This document shows, in pieces, positions 10,869-24,224 of a DNA stretch of 64,000 nucleotides (its first letter is position 1; every line of letters starts with the position of its first letter). The notes under the pieces are model-generated. The model was not told where the DNA came from. It saw nothing but the letters and a program-made list of their open reading frames with translations, and did no database searches. The DNA comes from Octopus sinensis. Its lineage: Eukaryota. Both the position numbers and the translations under genes were made by a program. The DNA lies in contig NC_043001.1 in assembly GCF_006345805.1 (NCBI RefSeq), positions 25,916,001 to 25,980,000 of the forward strand, given 5' to 3'.

Positions 10869-13228
10869 GGAATTCATCTTTGGAGGATATTTCCTATACC
10901 ATCTAGAAAAGAATATATTTTGAAACTTATTAATAATATTAAAGATTTTATTAATAGAATTAAATGGAAAGCCTACTACAATAATTGTAACGTATCTAAT
11001 TTTAACGATGTAGAGAATACTAATTATATCAATTCTAAATTTAAATCTAGAAAGGAACCCACATATAATTGGGATATACAGGTTTTAGAGGATAATATTT
11101 GGAAGGTGGTGAAAAAGATTAAATTTCATAAATACCCAAATAGATATAATGAATATTTAAGAGATCTAGCTATTAGAATTTAAGAAATGCGAAATATGGA
11201 AGGAATTATAGTACAATCAGATAAAACTAGGAACCTGTATAAACTAGATGTTAAATTATATGATAACCTATTAGAGAAATAAATGAATATAAAATATAAA
11301 ATTGTTCCAGAAAATACACTTTATAATGTAAATAAGGCCTCTAAATTAATCATGATGAAATATAAGTTAGATAATAAAACTGAACCTTATGTACCTATAC
11401 ACCCTAAAAGACCATAAGGATAATTTTTATTCTGACCCAAATGTTAGACTTATTTGTCCATGTAAATCAGATCTAGGTAAATTAAGTAAGATCATTTTAG
11501 ATAAATATATTAATAGATTAAATGAAATTAATTACCTTAAACTTTGGAATAGTACTAATGATACTTTAAAATAGTTTAATAATATTAAAAATAAAAATAG
11601 ATATAAATTCATTCAAATAGATATAGATAATTATATAATTATATAATTAATGAGATTGTACTTAATAAGGCCCTAATTTATGCAATGAATAAGGTAGGAA
11701 TGACTTATGATGAAGTTAATGTTGTTAAAACGGCCAGGAAATTGTTGATTAGATATAATAAAAAATTGTGGGCTAGGAAGGATACTAAGGACTATTTTGA
11801 TATACCTATGGGAGCACCCGATTCTGCACAGGCAACTGATTTAGTATGGATTTATTTATTATCGGAACTTCAATTAGAAAAATTAAAGTTGGAGGGTGGT
11901 TTATATAGGGATGACCTTTTATTAATAACTAAAAATTGCACCAATCGAACACTAGAATATATAAGAAGAAACTATATAGTTTTTTTTAAAAGATATGGAT
12001 TAAGTATTACTATATATAATGAGAACTATAATGTTAATTATTTAGACGCTAATTTTAATTTAATAACAGGTAAAACCCAACCATTCCATAAAATTAATGA
12101 AAACCTTAGATATATTAATGCTAATAGTAATCATCCACCCTCAATTAAGAAATTGTTGACAGATAATATAGTTAAAAGAATATCGCTGCTTTCTTCTAAT
12201 TTTGAGATTTTCTGAAAACACACACCTTATTATAATGAAGCCCTGCAGGAGGCGGGATATAATAATATTAAATTCTTTAATAATTCTAAATATAATTACA
12301 ATATAAAAGATTATAATATAAATGATTCCTATAGTTTTTATAATAATAAACCTAACATTAAGAATTATGATAAGTTTTATTTAGGTAATTATGGTATTAA
12401 TAATATATATTATGATAATACAAAACATAAATAGACTAAAAAATAAGATTAAATTTAATTCATTTAATGATAATGATAAATTTAATATAAAAAATAAATA
12501 TAATAATATTAATAATAAGAATAAAATTTGGCAAATTATTCCTTATGGAGCTCAAGTTAAAACAAACATTATTAAAGAGATTTTAAATATAATTGAAGTA
12601 TTCATTAGAGATAATAGAAAATATAATAACATTTTTCTAGTAATAATTTTGTAGTTGGTTATTCTACTACTAATAATGTTAGTAACATTATTTCTTCTTT
12701 TAATAAACTTAAGCTTAATAAGTTTTACAAAAACAATCAAATAATTATTCCAATAATAATAATAAAGGCCAGAATATAATTAATTGTACATGTAGAGATA
12801 AAGCTAAATGTAAATTTAATAATAAATGTAATTTCAATTATGTAATATATAAATGTGTAGTGACTTTGATTGATGATAATAATAGGAATGATTATAATTT
12901 AAATGCGATTTACATAGGGTCAACTTCTAATAAAATTAAATTATGGGTGGCTCAACAGATGAATTCTTTTAAGAATAGAAATTTAATTAATTCTACTGGC
13001 CTTAGTAAATATATATGGGAACTAAAATCTAGAAATATTAAATACAATTTAAATTGGGAGATAGTTTGTAAGGCAAAATCATATTGAATAGGTAGTAATT
13101 TTTGTTTATGTACTAACGAATTTAAGGAGATATTATTAACTAATAATAAAAAATTGATTAATTTCTTAGACAAACAAAAAATTAAATGTAGACATACATT
13201 AAATTACTTGTATAATAAGTTTAGCTAA
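10869..13228 (+). pseudogene. PLE polyprotein remnant (RT, Cys linker, GIY-YIG endonuclease)
   Basis: Motifs: IPSRKEYILKLI...INRIKWKAY; RLICPCKSDLGKLSKIILD; IPMGAPDSAQ; GLYRDD (YRDD at 11904-11915); NSNHPPSIKK; NCTCRDKAKCKFNNKC; VIYKC...IYIGST; STGLSKYIWELK; CRH. Several stops and frameshifts. Confidence 0.9.
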
Positions 13229-13846
13229 TTTGTGTATATATATATAAGCCCTGTTTTATGTTACTAATTGTTGTAGTTATAATTTGTAGTAGTAAAATGT
13301 GTATAAATTAGCACGAGATTATATAGTGTATATTGCATAATTAGATTAAGATGAAACATAGATGTTTATAAGATAAATAAATTAATTAATGAAAATAGAT
13401 TAAATTATAGAAATTTAGCTTAATTTATGTTTATTATATTATGTATTTTATGTTTTTAAATTATTTTGACTTCACAATTTTTCCAGTAAATGGTGTATGT
13501 TAAAGTTAATTTTTTCTTATTCTCACAGCTAAAATACATTTGTAATTTTAATAGCTTAAATACATATTTCTATCTATTTATTCTATAAATTATATTTATG
13601 CCATATTTTCACGCGATATATTTCTTATAAATGCTAAGTTCTACATATAACGTTTAAATTTTTAGTTAACAGAAATCCTTGAATAGGATAAGTTATGTTT
13701 TTATTTTAAGAAATATTGTTAAATGTTTTTCAATTATTTATAGTTAATACACATATTTTTCTGTATTTATTTGATAATTAGTATAAGTTAAGATAAGTAC
13801 ATTTATTCTATTATTATTTTATTATTATTATTATTATTATTATTTT

Positions 13847-13964
13847 AGACCTGATGAGTGACTATATTTTTAAATAGAATTAATTAGATCGATTTAATTT
13901 TAAACCAAATTTATTTTATTATTATTATCTATTTGAAAATATAGCCATGAAACACGCATAGTCT
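13847..13964 (+). ncRNA. Type I hammerhead ribozyme motif with a long stem II, in the PLE 3' region
   Basis: AGAC-CTGATGA (13851-13857), 20-bp stem II (13858-13877 / 13929-13948; 17 Watson-Crick, 2 GU, 1 mismatch), GAAAC (13949-13953), acgc-ATA, then GTCT pairing back to AGAC. Confidence 0.72.
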
Positions 13965-14132
13965 TTTTACTACTATTTACTATTTATTATTTTTGTACTT
14001 TATTGATTTTTAGAATAAGGTTTTTATAGTATGTGTTTTCTATGGGGTGTGAACAACATCTTTCATTATTGAATTGTTTAATAGAGGTTTTTCTTTAAAT
14101 TATATACACACACACACACACATATATGCTGA

Positions 14133-14478
14133 ATGGCTGAGTTCCTTTTGAGCATTGGGCATCACGGAGGTAATGACCAAGACCTTTGGCATTATGTCAT
14201 GGTTGAGAAGAAGACCCATCAGGCCAAGCAAAATCGCAGTTGTGGTGGATACTGGTGTCACGCAAATGGCACCCATGTCAGTGGCATGTAGAAGTATCCA
14301 TTACAATCTTGGAGTGGTTGGCATTAGGAAGGGCATCCTGCCATAGAAAACCATGCCAAATCAGACTGGAGTCTGGTGCAGCCTTCCAGCTTACCAGCCT
14401 GGTCAAACCGTACAACCTCTGCCAGCATGAACAATGGACATTAAATGCTGCTGATGATGATGATGACAATGATGATGC
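14133..14478 (+). mobile_element. Family A LINE 3' end
   Basis: gacctttggcattatgtcatggttgagaagaagaccc...ggagtggttggcattaggaagggcatcc...(GAT)n. Confidence 0.85.
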
Positions 14479-16164
14479 TACACCAAGTATATACATCAAG
14501 TATACATATACCCTACTAATTGGAAAATGTATGGAAATCATGTAGAGATATCTCTTGGGAATAAGGTTAATGTAGCTCTTCTCAAATCCTGAAAAAAAAA
14601 AGGAAAAAAACCCATTGTGAATCAGAAAAGAAATAATTGGTTGTTTCAAGCATATAAGCAAATTAGTGTTACATCAATTTATAATGTCTGTCCTTGGGGA
14701 GCATATAATTAATAGAGATTACTTAGCATTGAAGAGAATGCAGTACATACATGATCTTACTTGTTGTGGATTAAATCTCGACTATTTCAATGAGAGGAAA
14801 TTGTCACATTACAGCTTGCGGTTAAAGCAACAAATCATGTTCTGTCTCATTTATGAAATACTTCTGAATTCAAGTTTAAGAGGCTAGGTGCTCCTTCAGT
14901 TTTGGGAGTTGACATTTTGGGCATCTAATTAGTGCAAACATTCCTAGAGAATAGCTTTGACCGAGTCCTAATTAATCTCATTAATGATAGACTTAATTCA
15001 TTGCCTGGTTTAACATGTAATGAAGAAGAGTAAATGAGGGAAATGTAAAATGATATATAACTTGAGATGAAATTAACAGATAAGCGATGATTTATTCTCC
15101 ATTTTAAAATAAAATGATTGCCACACATAAAATAAAATAACATAACAGGTTACAAGTATGTGTGAGAGACTTCGTGGTTAGGCTGGACTGTTGATCTTGT
15201 AGTTATAGTTGATGTGCTGTTTGGTGGAGTGCAGAGGCAGCCAATGGTCTGTTGGTTGTGCAGTGCTCATACAGCAACGATGTAGGCAGGCATCTGGTAG
15301 AGATGGAAGTGGAGACTGGCTGGTGTCAAATACATCGTTGCTGGAGACAAGTTGCATGTGGTCAGTGGTGTGTGCCAAAGACCTAGAGCAGTCGAAAACT
15401 ACCATCTTTATAGAGAATAATAGGGTCCCAGGAGCTGGTGATTAATTTCCCATGTAAGGAAAAATGAACTGTTGCATCAACACAATTGGATGGCTGGAAG
15501 CCATCCAATACAAACAATGGGTTCGTTTAATCATGGGGTCATGTGATCTGCTGGAATGATATGGCTTGTGGAGCCGATATTTGGGTATTTAAGCCTAGAT
15601 AATCCATAACAAAAACATCTCATACATAATGACAGTGTAAATCACTTCTGCTATAAACAAAACCATCAGGTCCTTGAGTGTTTCAATTGGAGTACATTCT
15701 GTTGCAAGTATTCAGGTCAGCACTCTGGTCTGAGAATAACTTTCTCCCACTAGTCATGGGGGTCCTGAAACAAATCACTGGCACTGACCTTCATTTTCTG
15801 ACTAAATCATAAAAACTATTTTTGTTAGATCACGTATTCCCATAGAGCAATGTCTGCCAAACCTTTTTTACTTTACGACACACTGGACAAGGAGAATTTA
15901 TTTTGTGGCACACCAAATAAAAATCCTAACAAAATTGAATATATTTTATTAGTATGAATAAAAATAAATAAATTCTTATTATAGTAACAATAAAATAACA
16001 TGGTTTTATGAAATTAATACATATATATAGGTAATATATATTTATATATATATATATATTTATATATAAAATTTTAAAATAAGAGTAGAAATTGATATTA
16101 ATCAATTAAAACCAGTGGCTTAGTATATTTAAAAAATCTGAAGATTAAAAATTGTGTTACATAC

Positions 16165-16262
16165 AAAATTAAGATGAATGACCATTAAAGTGGACACCTA
16201 ATATGCTAAACATATGTTTAGCATATTAGGTGTCCACTTTAATGGTCATTCCTCTTAATTTT
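16165..16262. repeat. 98-bp loopless palindrome in a TA-embedded repeat fragment (16075-16262)
   Basis: 49-bp arms, 1 mismatch, centre aaacat|atgttt at 16213/16214. Confidence 0.95.
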
Positions 16263-16399
16263 ATATATATTTGATAATCAAATGATGGAAATTATTTAGA
16301 TAATCTAGCATGGAAAGCAGACGTTAAACGATGATGATGATGATACAGAGAGGTTTTCTACTGTCTTCTGCACTTCTAGAATATTTTAAATTTGTTTGG

Positions 16400-17430
16400 A
16401 AAAGCTGCTATGCCTGAGAAGCAAGTGAGTTTTTAACTTTCTTTATCCACAGTTCTAACTTGTTTGTGAAAGACTTTAATTTATCTGTAATTGTAATGAT
16501 ATTTTTATTCACTCCTTGCTGACTTAAATTTAAAATGTTCAACTTATCAAAAAGATTATCGAGGAATGCTACTTCCAGCCACCAATTATTGTTGTTAAGA
16601 AATTCAAATCCAGAATAACGATGCAAAAATCTGCACCATAGGGAATGCAATTTTATGTAATTCACCACTTTAACAATATTGTCCATCGTCTTCAGGAGAC
16701 CATCAGGTAGAGATTTTGACACCAAAACTTGGCAGTAAATCATGAATGTACAATTTTAACTTGTGAATTTTTTTGTAATACATGAGTCACGAAGCAATTT
16801 TTCGACCCTGCATGGATGGAGTGCCATCAGTGTAAGTGCTTATACAAGCTTACCACTGCATCCCTCTCAATACAACATTTTGGTTCACCAGGTTAAAAAC
16901 ACCGTCTCCTGTCATTCTTTCCTTCAATTCACAACAAAAGAAAAACTGACTTTACCACCCTGATGATTCACAGAAATGAAATTAGTTGAGCTTTGTTGCT
17001 GATGTCTGTACTTTCATCGATTTGTAAGGCCCACAAGGTTTTGAGATCATTTTTTGCTTCAGTGAAATGTTAACAGAATTGATCATCAATGTCTTGTGAA
17101 ATGTTTTGAATTTTACAAGAAATTATGTGGGCAGACAAAGGAATGGTCTTAATTTGTTTGATGGCTTCATCACTAATCATTTTACTAACAGTGATCTCCA
17201 AGGCTGGTAAAATAATGTTTTCGGCATCAAAATGTGGTTCTTTTCTTTGCCAAAAACTGGGCAATTTTGTAACTAGCAATTTGAGCTTTCTCAGGAATTG
17301 AGCAAAATTTCTTCAGCCTTTTTGATTGAATTTTTGAATTATTTTCTAGCATCTCAAAGTATTCTTTTGGTTTGTTCTTATGTTGCAGATTATTTATTAT
17401 TAAATGACATTGAAGTTTCCTGAAAACAGT
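16400..17430 (-). mobile_element. hAT (Charlie/Buster, ZBED8/SCAND3-like) transposase remnant
   Basis: KEPHFDAENIILPALEI...IKTIPLSAHIISCKIQNISQDIDDQ; IVKVVNYIK; AFLDNLFDKLNILNLSQQG...DKLKSFTNKLELW. Frameshifted. Confidence 0.85.
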
Positions 17431-18654
17431 GGCAGCTTGTAGATAAAATTAGTTGGGGTGCTGCTTCAGAAAATTTTTAGCTGTTGTTTTTCATATTGTG
17501 TAAAAGGAAGCAAACATAAAAAGAATATTTATACATAAACTTGATTGGTTCATGTTTTAGCCACTGCCAGGTAGTGTGTTTAATTTGAACGCTGAATACT
17601 ACTGTGAATTCCCCCTTATTTTTCAAAAATCCCCTTTAAATTACAAAATGGGGTGGGGTGGGGTGGAATGTGCCCTATTTTTCAAGTCCTGGCAGCAACA
17701 CTGAAGCTGGAAGCAGGATAATAATCTAATTCTACACTTTATCACATTCAAGAATATAAACACAACACATGCAGAGTCAAAGAGAAACATTACATTTCAC
17801 TGGAACACTGGGGACGGCACTGTTGTTCATGCAGTTCTCTCTCTCCCTAGTGTGAAGCTTCCTATCTCGGACATGTGAGCATACACACAACAGCCAAACA
17901 CCATGTTGCTGAAACTGTGGAGTGCACAGTTCTATATAAGGATTTTTGTATTTTTTCATAAATTAGGGGATGGCTGCTGACATTAAGCTTAAGGATTATA
18001 TAATGTACAAGTACAAAGAAAGAATTAAAGAAAAAAGGACTCATTATATTGAATGTTATCGATAATATCAAGTGAAAATAGGGGTTGCTGCAGTTCCGCA
18101 GTGCCTATACATGAGCTGCCACAGCTGGGAACCATCACTTCGTTTGAGAGTGTTGTTAAACAAATCATACAAAAAGGAACCAAATTGTCTTTTTCCGATA
18201 GCATAAAACCATATTGGATGTAATTTTCATTATATTTTCATTATATTTTTGAGGTGGACTTTTTATTCTGGTGTTCATCTTGTTTGCTATGACTCTCTTT
18301 CTCATTTTTGTGAGATCTCAATAAAAATTTGTCCATGTTTAAATCTAAAACTAAAAATCAATTAAAATTAACATAAAATAATTTATGTAAATTATAAATA
18401 TGAATCAAAAATTTAAAAACTACGAGGACTACTAAACAATTTTCTTACAGAAAATCTCAGTTTATATACAGCTAAGTGAAATTGTGGCCATCCACACATA
18501 CAGGCTTGTTTATTACAGCCATGCCCCCCACAACACACACACACACACATCTGACCTCTGTCAAAACTCCCCCAACTTCCCAACATCTGCTGCAGGCCCC
18601 TCCAGCCTCTCTCCTGTGCCTATCCACACATTCTCCATGCTCTACTCTAGGCAC

Positions 18655-18825
18655 AAGGCCCAAAATTTTAGGGGAGGAAGCCAGTCGATTACACAACTAG
18701 TACTTAATTTATCGACCACAAAAGGATGAAAGGCAAAGTCGACCTCGGTGGAATTTGAACTCAGAATGTAAAGACAGAAGAAATACTGCTAAGCATTTTG
18801 CCTGGCATGCTTGCAGCCTTACAGA
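18655..18825 (-). mobile_element. tRNA-derived SINE, family C, partial
   Basis: tacttaatttatcgaccacaaaaggatgaaaggcaaagtcgacctcggtggaatttgaactcag. Confidence 0.8.
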
Positions 18826-19167
18826 AATGTAATATATAATTGCAAAACTGCTGTCTGTTGTGTAACATAATTTATATTTACCATATTTTATGATTTATAT
18901 AATTAATTTATATTTATGCTTGAACTTTGCAAATGTTCTTGGATCGTTGTTTCCTGAAAATCCCAAAAATATTTTTTGCAGCATACATTATTATTCTGCA
19001 GTTGATGTATTAATTTTGGAACCTAAATCTCTGAAAACAGTTTTTCTTTAGAGTTACAAATTTCAGAGCAGCCTGGAATATGATTCTAAAACTTTCAAAG
19101 CCCATACAATGAAATACAACAAAATTAAAATATAAATTTTAAAATTTTGAATTTGTCTTCAATGCTT

Positions 19168-19818
19168 GATCTTGAAAGGGTTTTTTCCCCTCTAAATTTG
19201 AAATTAAATTTCATGGTTATTCCTGTAATGATGATAAATATCTACCAAAAACTAGAACTGGTATTTTCTGCAAGTCATGTTGCCTAATTCTTGAAAGGTT
19301 TTTTTCCCTGCTAACTGTGAAATTAAATTTCATGGTCATAGGCGTAGGAGTAGCTGTATGGAAAGTAGCTTGCTTACCAACCACATGGTTCCGGGTTCAG
19401 TCCTACTGCATGGCACCTTGGGCAAGTGTCTTCTACTATAGCCTCGGGCCGACCAAAGCCTTGTGAGTGGATTTGGTAGATGGAAACTGAAAGAAGCCCA
19501 TCGTATATATGCATATATATATGTGTATGTGTGTGTGTGTGTGTGTGTATATGTTTGTGTGTCTGTGTTTGTCCCCCCAACATCACTTGACAACCGATGC
19601 TGGTGTGTTTACGTCCCTGTCACTTAGTGGTTCGGCAAAAGAGACCGATAGAATAAGTACTAGGCTTACAAAGAATAAGTCCTGGGGGTCGATTTGCTTG
19701 ACTAATGGCGGTGCTCCAGCCTGGCCACAGTCAAATGACTGAAACAAGTAAAAGAGTAAAGAGTATTCCAGTAATGATGTTAAATATCTACCAAAAACTA
19801 GAACTGGTATTTTTTGCA
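19168..19818. repeat. Old ~110-bp tandem duplication; second copy split by the SINE at 19340
   Basis: tcttgaaagg...gaaattaaatttcatggt and taatgatg.taaatatctaccaaaaactagaactggtatttt each occur twice. Confidence 0.8.
19340..19765 (+). mobile_element. Family B SINE, full length
   Basis: tRNA-like head ggcgtaggagtagctgtatgg...ggttccgggttcagtcc; tail gagtaaagagta. Confidence 0.92.
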
Positions 19819-20325
19819 AAATGTTGATATATATCAAAATATAGTTTCAATCATGAGATTCTTCAATAAAAGTTAGATTGATATATAAAAATGCCTTTTG
19901 CAGTTTAAGGGTGATGAAATTTTGAGTGAGTATATCTGATTTCTTCTACAAAAGGGTTAACACTATTATTAAAATTCAACCATTAAAAACAAATTATTTC
20001 TCATTCTCTCAAAGTCTCTAAATTTTAATTACATAAAAAAATTGTTGTCTCAGTTTCTGAAATAAGGAATAAACCTTATTAGAAAGAGTTTCAGTGATTG
20101 TATCATCTCATCTTCTTCAGATTTCTGTCATGTTCAGTAACATTTTCTAAATTTTAAGCTGAACTCTTTATTAACCATCTTACTAACAATAACTCTGAGC
20201 ACCTTTTAGATAGATAGATAGATAGATAGATAGATACACTGGTCCATAGATTGAACTCATACCTACCAGGTAAACTGCATCACTTTATCACTTGACATTT
20301 AATCAATGCTTATATTCACTATACC

Positions 20326-20558
20326 TATTTCTTTACTACCCACAAGGGGCTAAATATAGAGGGGACAAACAAGGACAGACAAACGGATTAAGTCGATTAC
20401 ATTAACCCCAGTGCATAACTGGTACTTAATTTATCGACCCCGAAAGGATGAAAGGCAAAGTCAACCCTGGCGGAATTTGAACTCGGAACGTAATGGCAGA
20501 TGAAATACGGCTACGCATTTCGCCCGGCGTGTTAACGTCTCTGTCAGCTCGCCGCCTT
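20326..20558 (-). mobile_element. Family C SINE, full length
   Basis: Head aaggcggcgagctgacagagacgttaacacgccgggcgaaatg; probable TSD tattcactatacc. Confidence 0.92.
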
Positions 20559-20579
20559 AGTGGTATATTCACTATACCA

Positions 20580-20920
20580 CCTGTCAAACACCCATGGACA
20601 TGTTTACAAAGTTAGAAAACAGCACAGCTCCCATGACTTTCGGAAACATTTTTTCATGCTAAGAGTTGCTGAAGTATGGAACAAACTGCCGGCATCAGTT
20701 GTTAGTTGTCGGAGCACTGCATCCTTCAAAACTTCCATGCTTCCTGAGATTTGCCAACACTACACCTGCTTTTCTCCCCTCCATACACACACAAGCATGT
20801 ATCTGACTCATACACTGTTCACTTCCCAGACATTTGTACATTACTGCATATGCTTTATACGCACTTTTAACAAGTTGTGGTGCACCTGAGTACTGTATAC
20901 AATAATTTCATTATTATTCA
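20580..20920 (+). mobile_element. CR1-type LINE 3' end
   Basis: SNTHGHVYKVRKQHSSHDFRKHFFMLRVAEVWNKLPASVVSC, then 3' UTR and (ATT)n tail; second copy at 46858. Confidence 0.88.
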
Positions 20921-21174
20921 GTCCATGAAGGCAACCTGGGATATTTTCTTATTCTTGAACTTGTAATATTGATTGCTCATTTCACTTGAACCAGAGTGTA
21001 TACAGATTCACTGAACTATGGATTGAACTATGGATTGAACACATGCCTACCTGGTAAACTTTGACACTTAACACCTATGGACAGTGGTATAGTGAATATA
21101 AGCATTGATTAAATGTCAAGTGATAAAGTGATGCAGTTTACCTGGTAGATATGAGTTCAATCTATGGGCCAGTG

Positions 21175-21580
<406 letters not shown>

Positions 21581-23440
21581 TAAGAATAATCCTGACACGG
21601 ACAATGGAAAGAGTATAATATAACACCATAAATGGGTTTGATTTGAAGTTTCAAGAATGCTACCCAATATGACAATCACCGAAAGAAGGCAAGAGGTTCA
21701 ACAGTAATATGTTATGACAATAACAACTAAAATAAGGAGGAGACTAGTCACTATATCTGTACAAAATTGGTAAAAGCTTCAAAGCTAGAGTTTATAGATT
21801 TTAATGTAGTGGAACTAGAAATTAAAATTTTAAAATCAGCATTTTAAGATACTAATTTAATCAATGGGCAGATGTTATTTAATGAAGCAATAAGGCAGTG
21901 AACTGATAGAATTGTTAGTATGCTGATAAAATGTTTAGAGGTGCCCAAGGTGCCATGCACTGGGATTGAACCCAGCACCAGTACATAGTTTGTTGTTTTT
22001 TCTTTTATGCTTCTAAGAGAGGCTGATCACGTAGGTTGTTCCAAGCTCTCTTTCAGGTACTTCTGTTACATCAGTCAGCTTTGATAGTCATAGCAATGAT
22101 TATTCAATAACAATAATTACAGCAATGCTTCATGATATAATGTTTTTTGTTAATAAAAATAATTGAAATGGAAAGGAGGAAACTTCATAATAAAAAATAT
22201 ATCTCGACAGTGGATGACAGATCAAGCGGCAGAAAGATAATGTACTTATTTAATTCATTCACAATCAGGAAGGAAAACAAGAGACCTTGTACAAGTCTGC
22301 CAATGCATAAATTATTAAATGTAATAAAAGAAAGAACAACAGAAAAAAAAGACATAAAAAGAAAGGAAAAAAAATACTACTAATTCTAATTCACTGAAAC
22401 GGAACGAGAGAATATAGATTTTTGTTTCACTTTAGGGATATTCAAAGAAATAAAGTGTGAATCAGACAGATACTGATCATGAAACTTTTTAAGTCCTCAA
22501 ATAGATAAAAGTGAATAATGTTTGAATAAGTAACTATAGAAAGTAGATTATTTAATAAGTTTTGAACAGAATATATTCAGGGAATGAGAATAGCTATAAT
22601 ATAAAGATAATGTCATTGTAATTATTGAACCTTTCCATATGTTCAAGACTACGGACTTCTGAAGCAGAACATATAAAGATTGTAACACTCATTGTTCAGA
22701 AAGATTTTCTTGGAAGATTAATTGAAATAGTTACAATCAGAAACAGAAGGTGAATAGTTGACTTGGTTCTCAGGGATCTATAATATATTTACTCTTTTGA
22801 TGCCCGTCTTATTTCATTGTAATTTCTGATTCAGTGAAGTCCAAGATTTTCTTCCTTCAATACACTTGTACAAAGAAAAAGGTGATGGTAGTCACCTCCC
22901 AAAATTATCTACCTCCCAAAATTGCAACAATTACAATATTTTTATACAGTGTCAACTAACTTGTTTGTTGTTTAAAGTATTACACAATTCTTATTGTATT
23001 CTTACACCAATGCCCAAGCTACAAACTGGATGAATAATACCAGTTATAAATTGGATGTACACAATCTTGGCTTTTTAATTAATTATTGTATGTGATGGCT
23101 TAAAAAAAGGACTCCAATTACAACAGTGCATATTCAGGAAAAAGTGAGTGTCAGGGACAAAATTAGCTTATGGGTGATTTTTTTAAGACAATTTTTTTTT
23201 GCATAAGAGTGCATCATATATGCCATTATTACATATTCGCTATCAGGAGTAATTAACACACAGTCATACTTTTCTAACTCTTTGCCCTTTTAGAATCATT
23301 CCCAAAGGTGGTGCTCCAGCATGGCGCCAGTCAAATGATGGAAACAAGTAAAAGAATAAAACAATAAAGATTCAATGGTTCATATGTTATCAGTAGCACA
23401 GTCTTTGTCTACTTTCAAACCTTTTAAACACACTTCACAC

Positions 23441-23590
23441 TCATCATCATCATCATCATCATCAATGTTTAATGCTGCCATGAGTTGCATGGTTTGACAG
23501 GAGCTGGCTAGTCTGGAGCCTTCACCAGACTTGTGTGTCTGTTTTGGCATGGTTTTTACAGCTGGATGTCCTTCCTTGATCAACTGAATT
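23441..23590 (-). mobile_element. Family A tail, degenerate
   Basis: (CAT)n caatgtttaatgctgccatg...tacagctggatgtccttcct. Confidence 0.7.
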
Positions 23591-23703
23591 ACTTGCTTGT
23601 TCACTGAACATAGCTGAACTTTCTACAGATGCATATAGCCTTTACATAATTCTAAGGCAGAATCAGTGTAACATAGAGCATAACAAAGCTATTCTTTGAA
23701 TTA

Positions 23704-23940
23704 TACCTATTTCTTTACTTCCCACAAGGGGCTAAACACAGAGGGGACAAACAAGGACAGACACATGGAATAAGTCGATTATATCGACCCCAGTGCATAA
23801 CTGGTACTCATTTAATCAACCCCGAAATGATGAAAGGCAAAGTCGACTTCGGCAGAATTTGAACTCAGAACGTAACAACAGACGAAATACCGCTAAGCAT
23901 TTCGCCCGGAGCGCTAACGTTTCTGCCAGCTCACCGTCTT
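23704..23940 (-). mobile_element. Family C SINE, full length
   Basis: Colinear with 20326-20558. Confidence 0.9.
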
Positions 23941-24224
23941 TGAATTATATCTACAATCTTCCTGGCAGACTTCTGCAGTTTCCATCTGCCAAGTTGCACT
24001 CAGAGGCATGAGTTGATCCAAGGCAATGGTGACACTTACACAGCAGAATCAAATCCAGAACCTCATGATAGTGAACTATCATTATTCAGCCATGCTGCAT
24101 CAGCTGTTGATAAGTAACATGCATAGATTGAGTTTGTGAATTTACTCCTTAGTTCAGCAACTTAATGAAACATTGATTGATTAAAAACAAAAACAGAATT
24201 ATATTAATAACTGTTTGCTGCTTT

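Larger units (their letters stand above)
10867..14100 (+). mobile_element. Penelope-like retroelement with C-terminal endonuclease (Neptune-type), decayed and 5'-truncated
   Basis: Carries the RT + GIY-YIG ORF remnant, an ~870 bp 3' region with a hammerhead motif, and (CA/TA)n-GCTGAAT on both flanks. Confidence 0.88.

Noticed and set aside
13085-13087. In-frame TGA in the PLE endonuclease as selenocysteine
   Set aside because: It is not at a Cys-ligand position and fits CGA-to-TGA decay; the ORF also has TAA/TAG stops and frameshifts; no SECIS was recognised.
10867-13228. Naiad/Chlamys assignment for the PLE
   Set aside because: Those clades have an N-terminal endonuclease; here GIY-YIG is C-terminal to RT.
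14666-14887. Tc1/mariner catalytic fragment (HDLTCCGLNLDYF resembling SPDLNPCDF)
   Set aside because: Similarity is too weak to support without a profile search.
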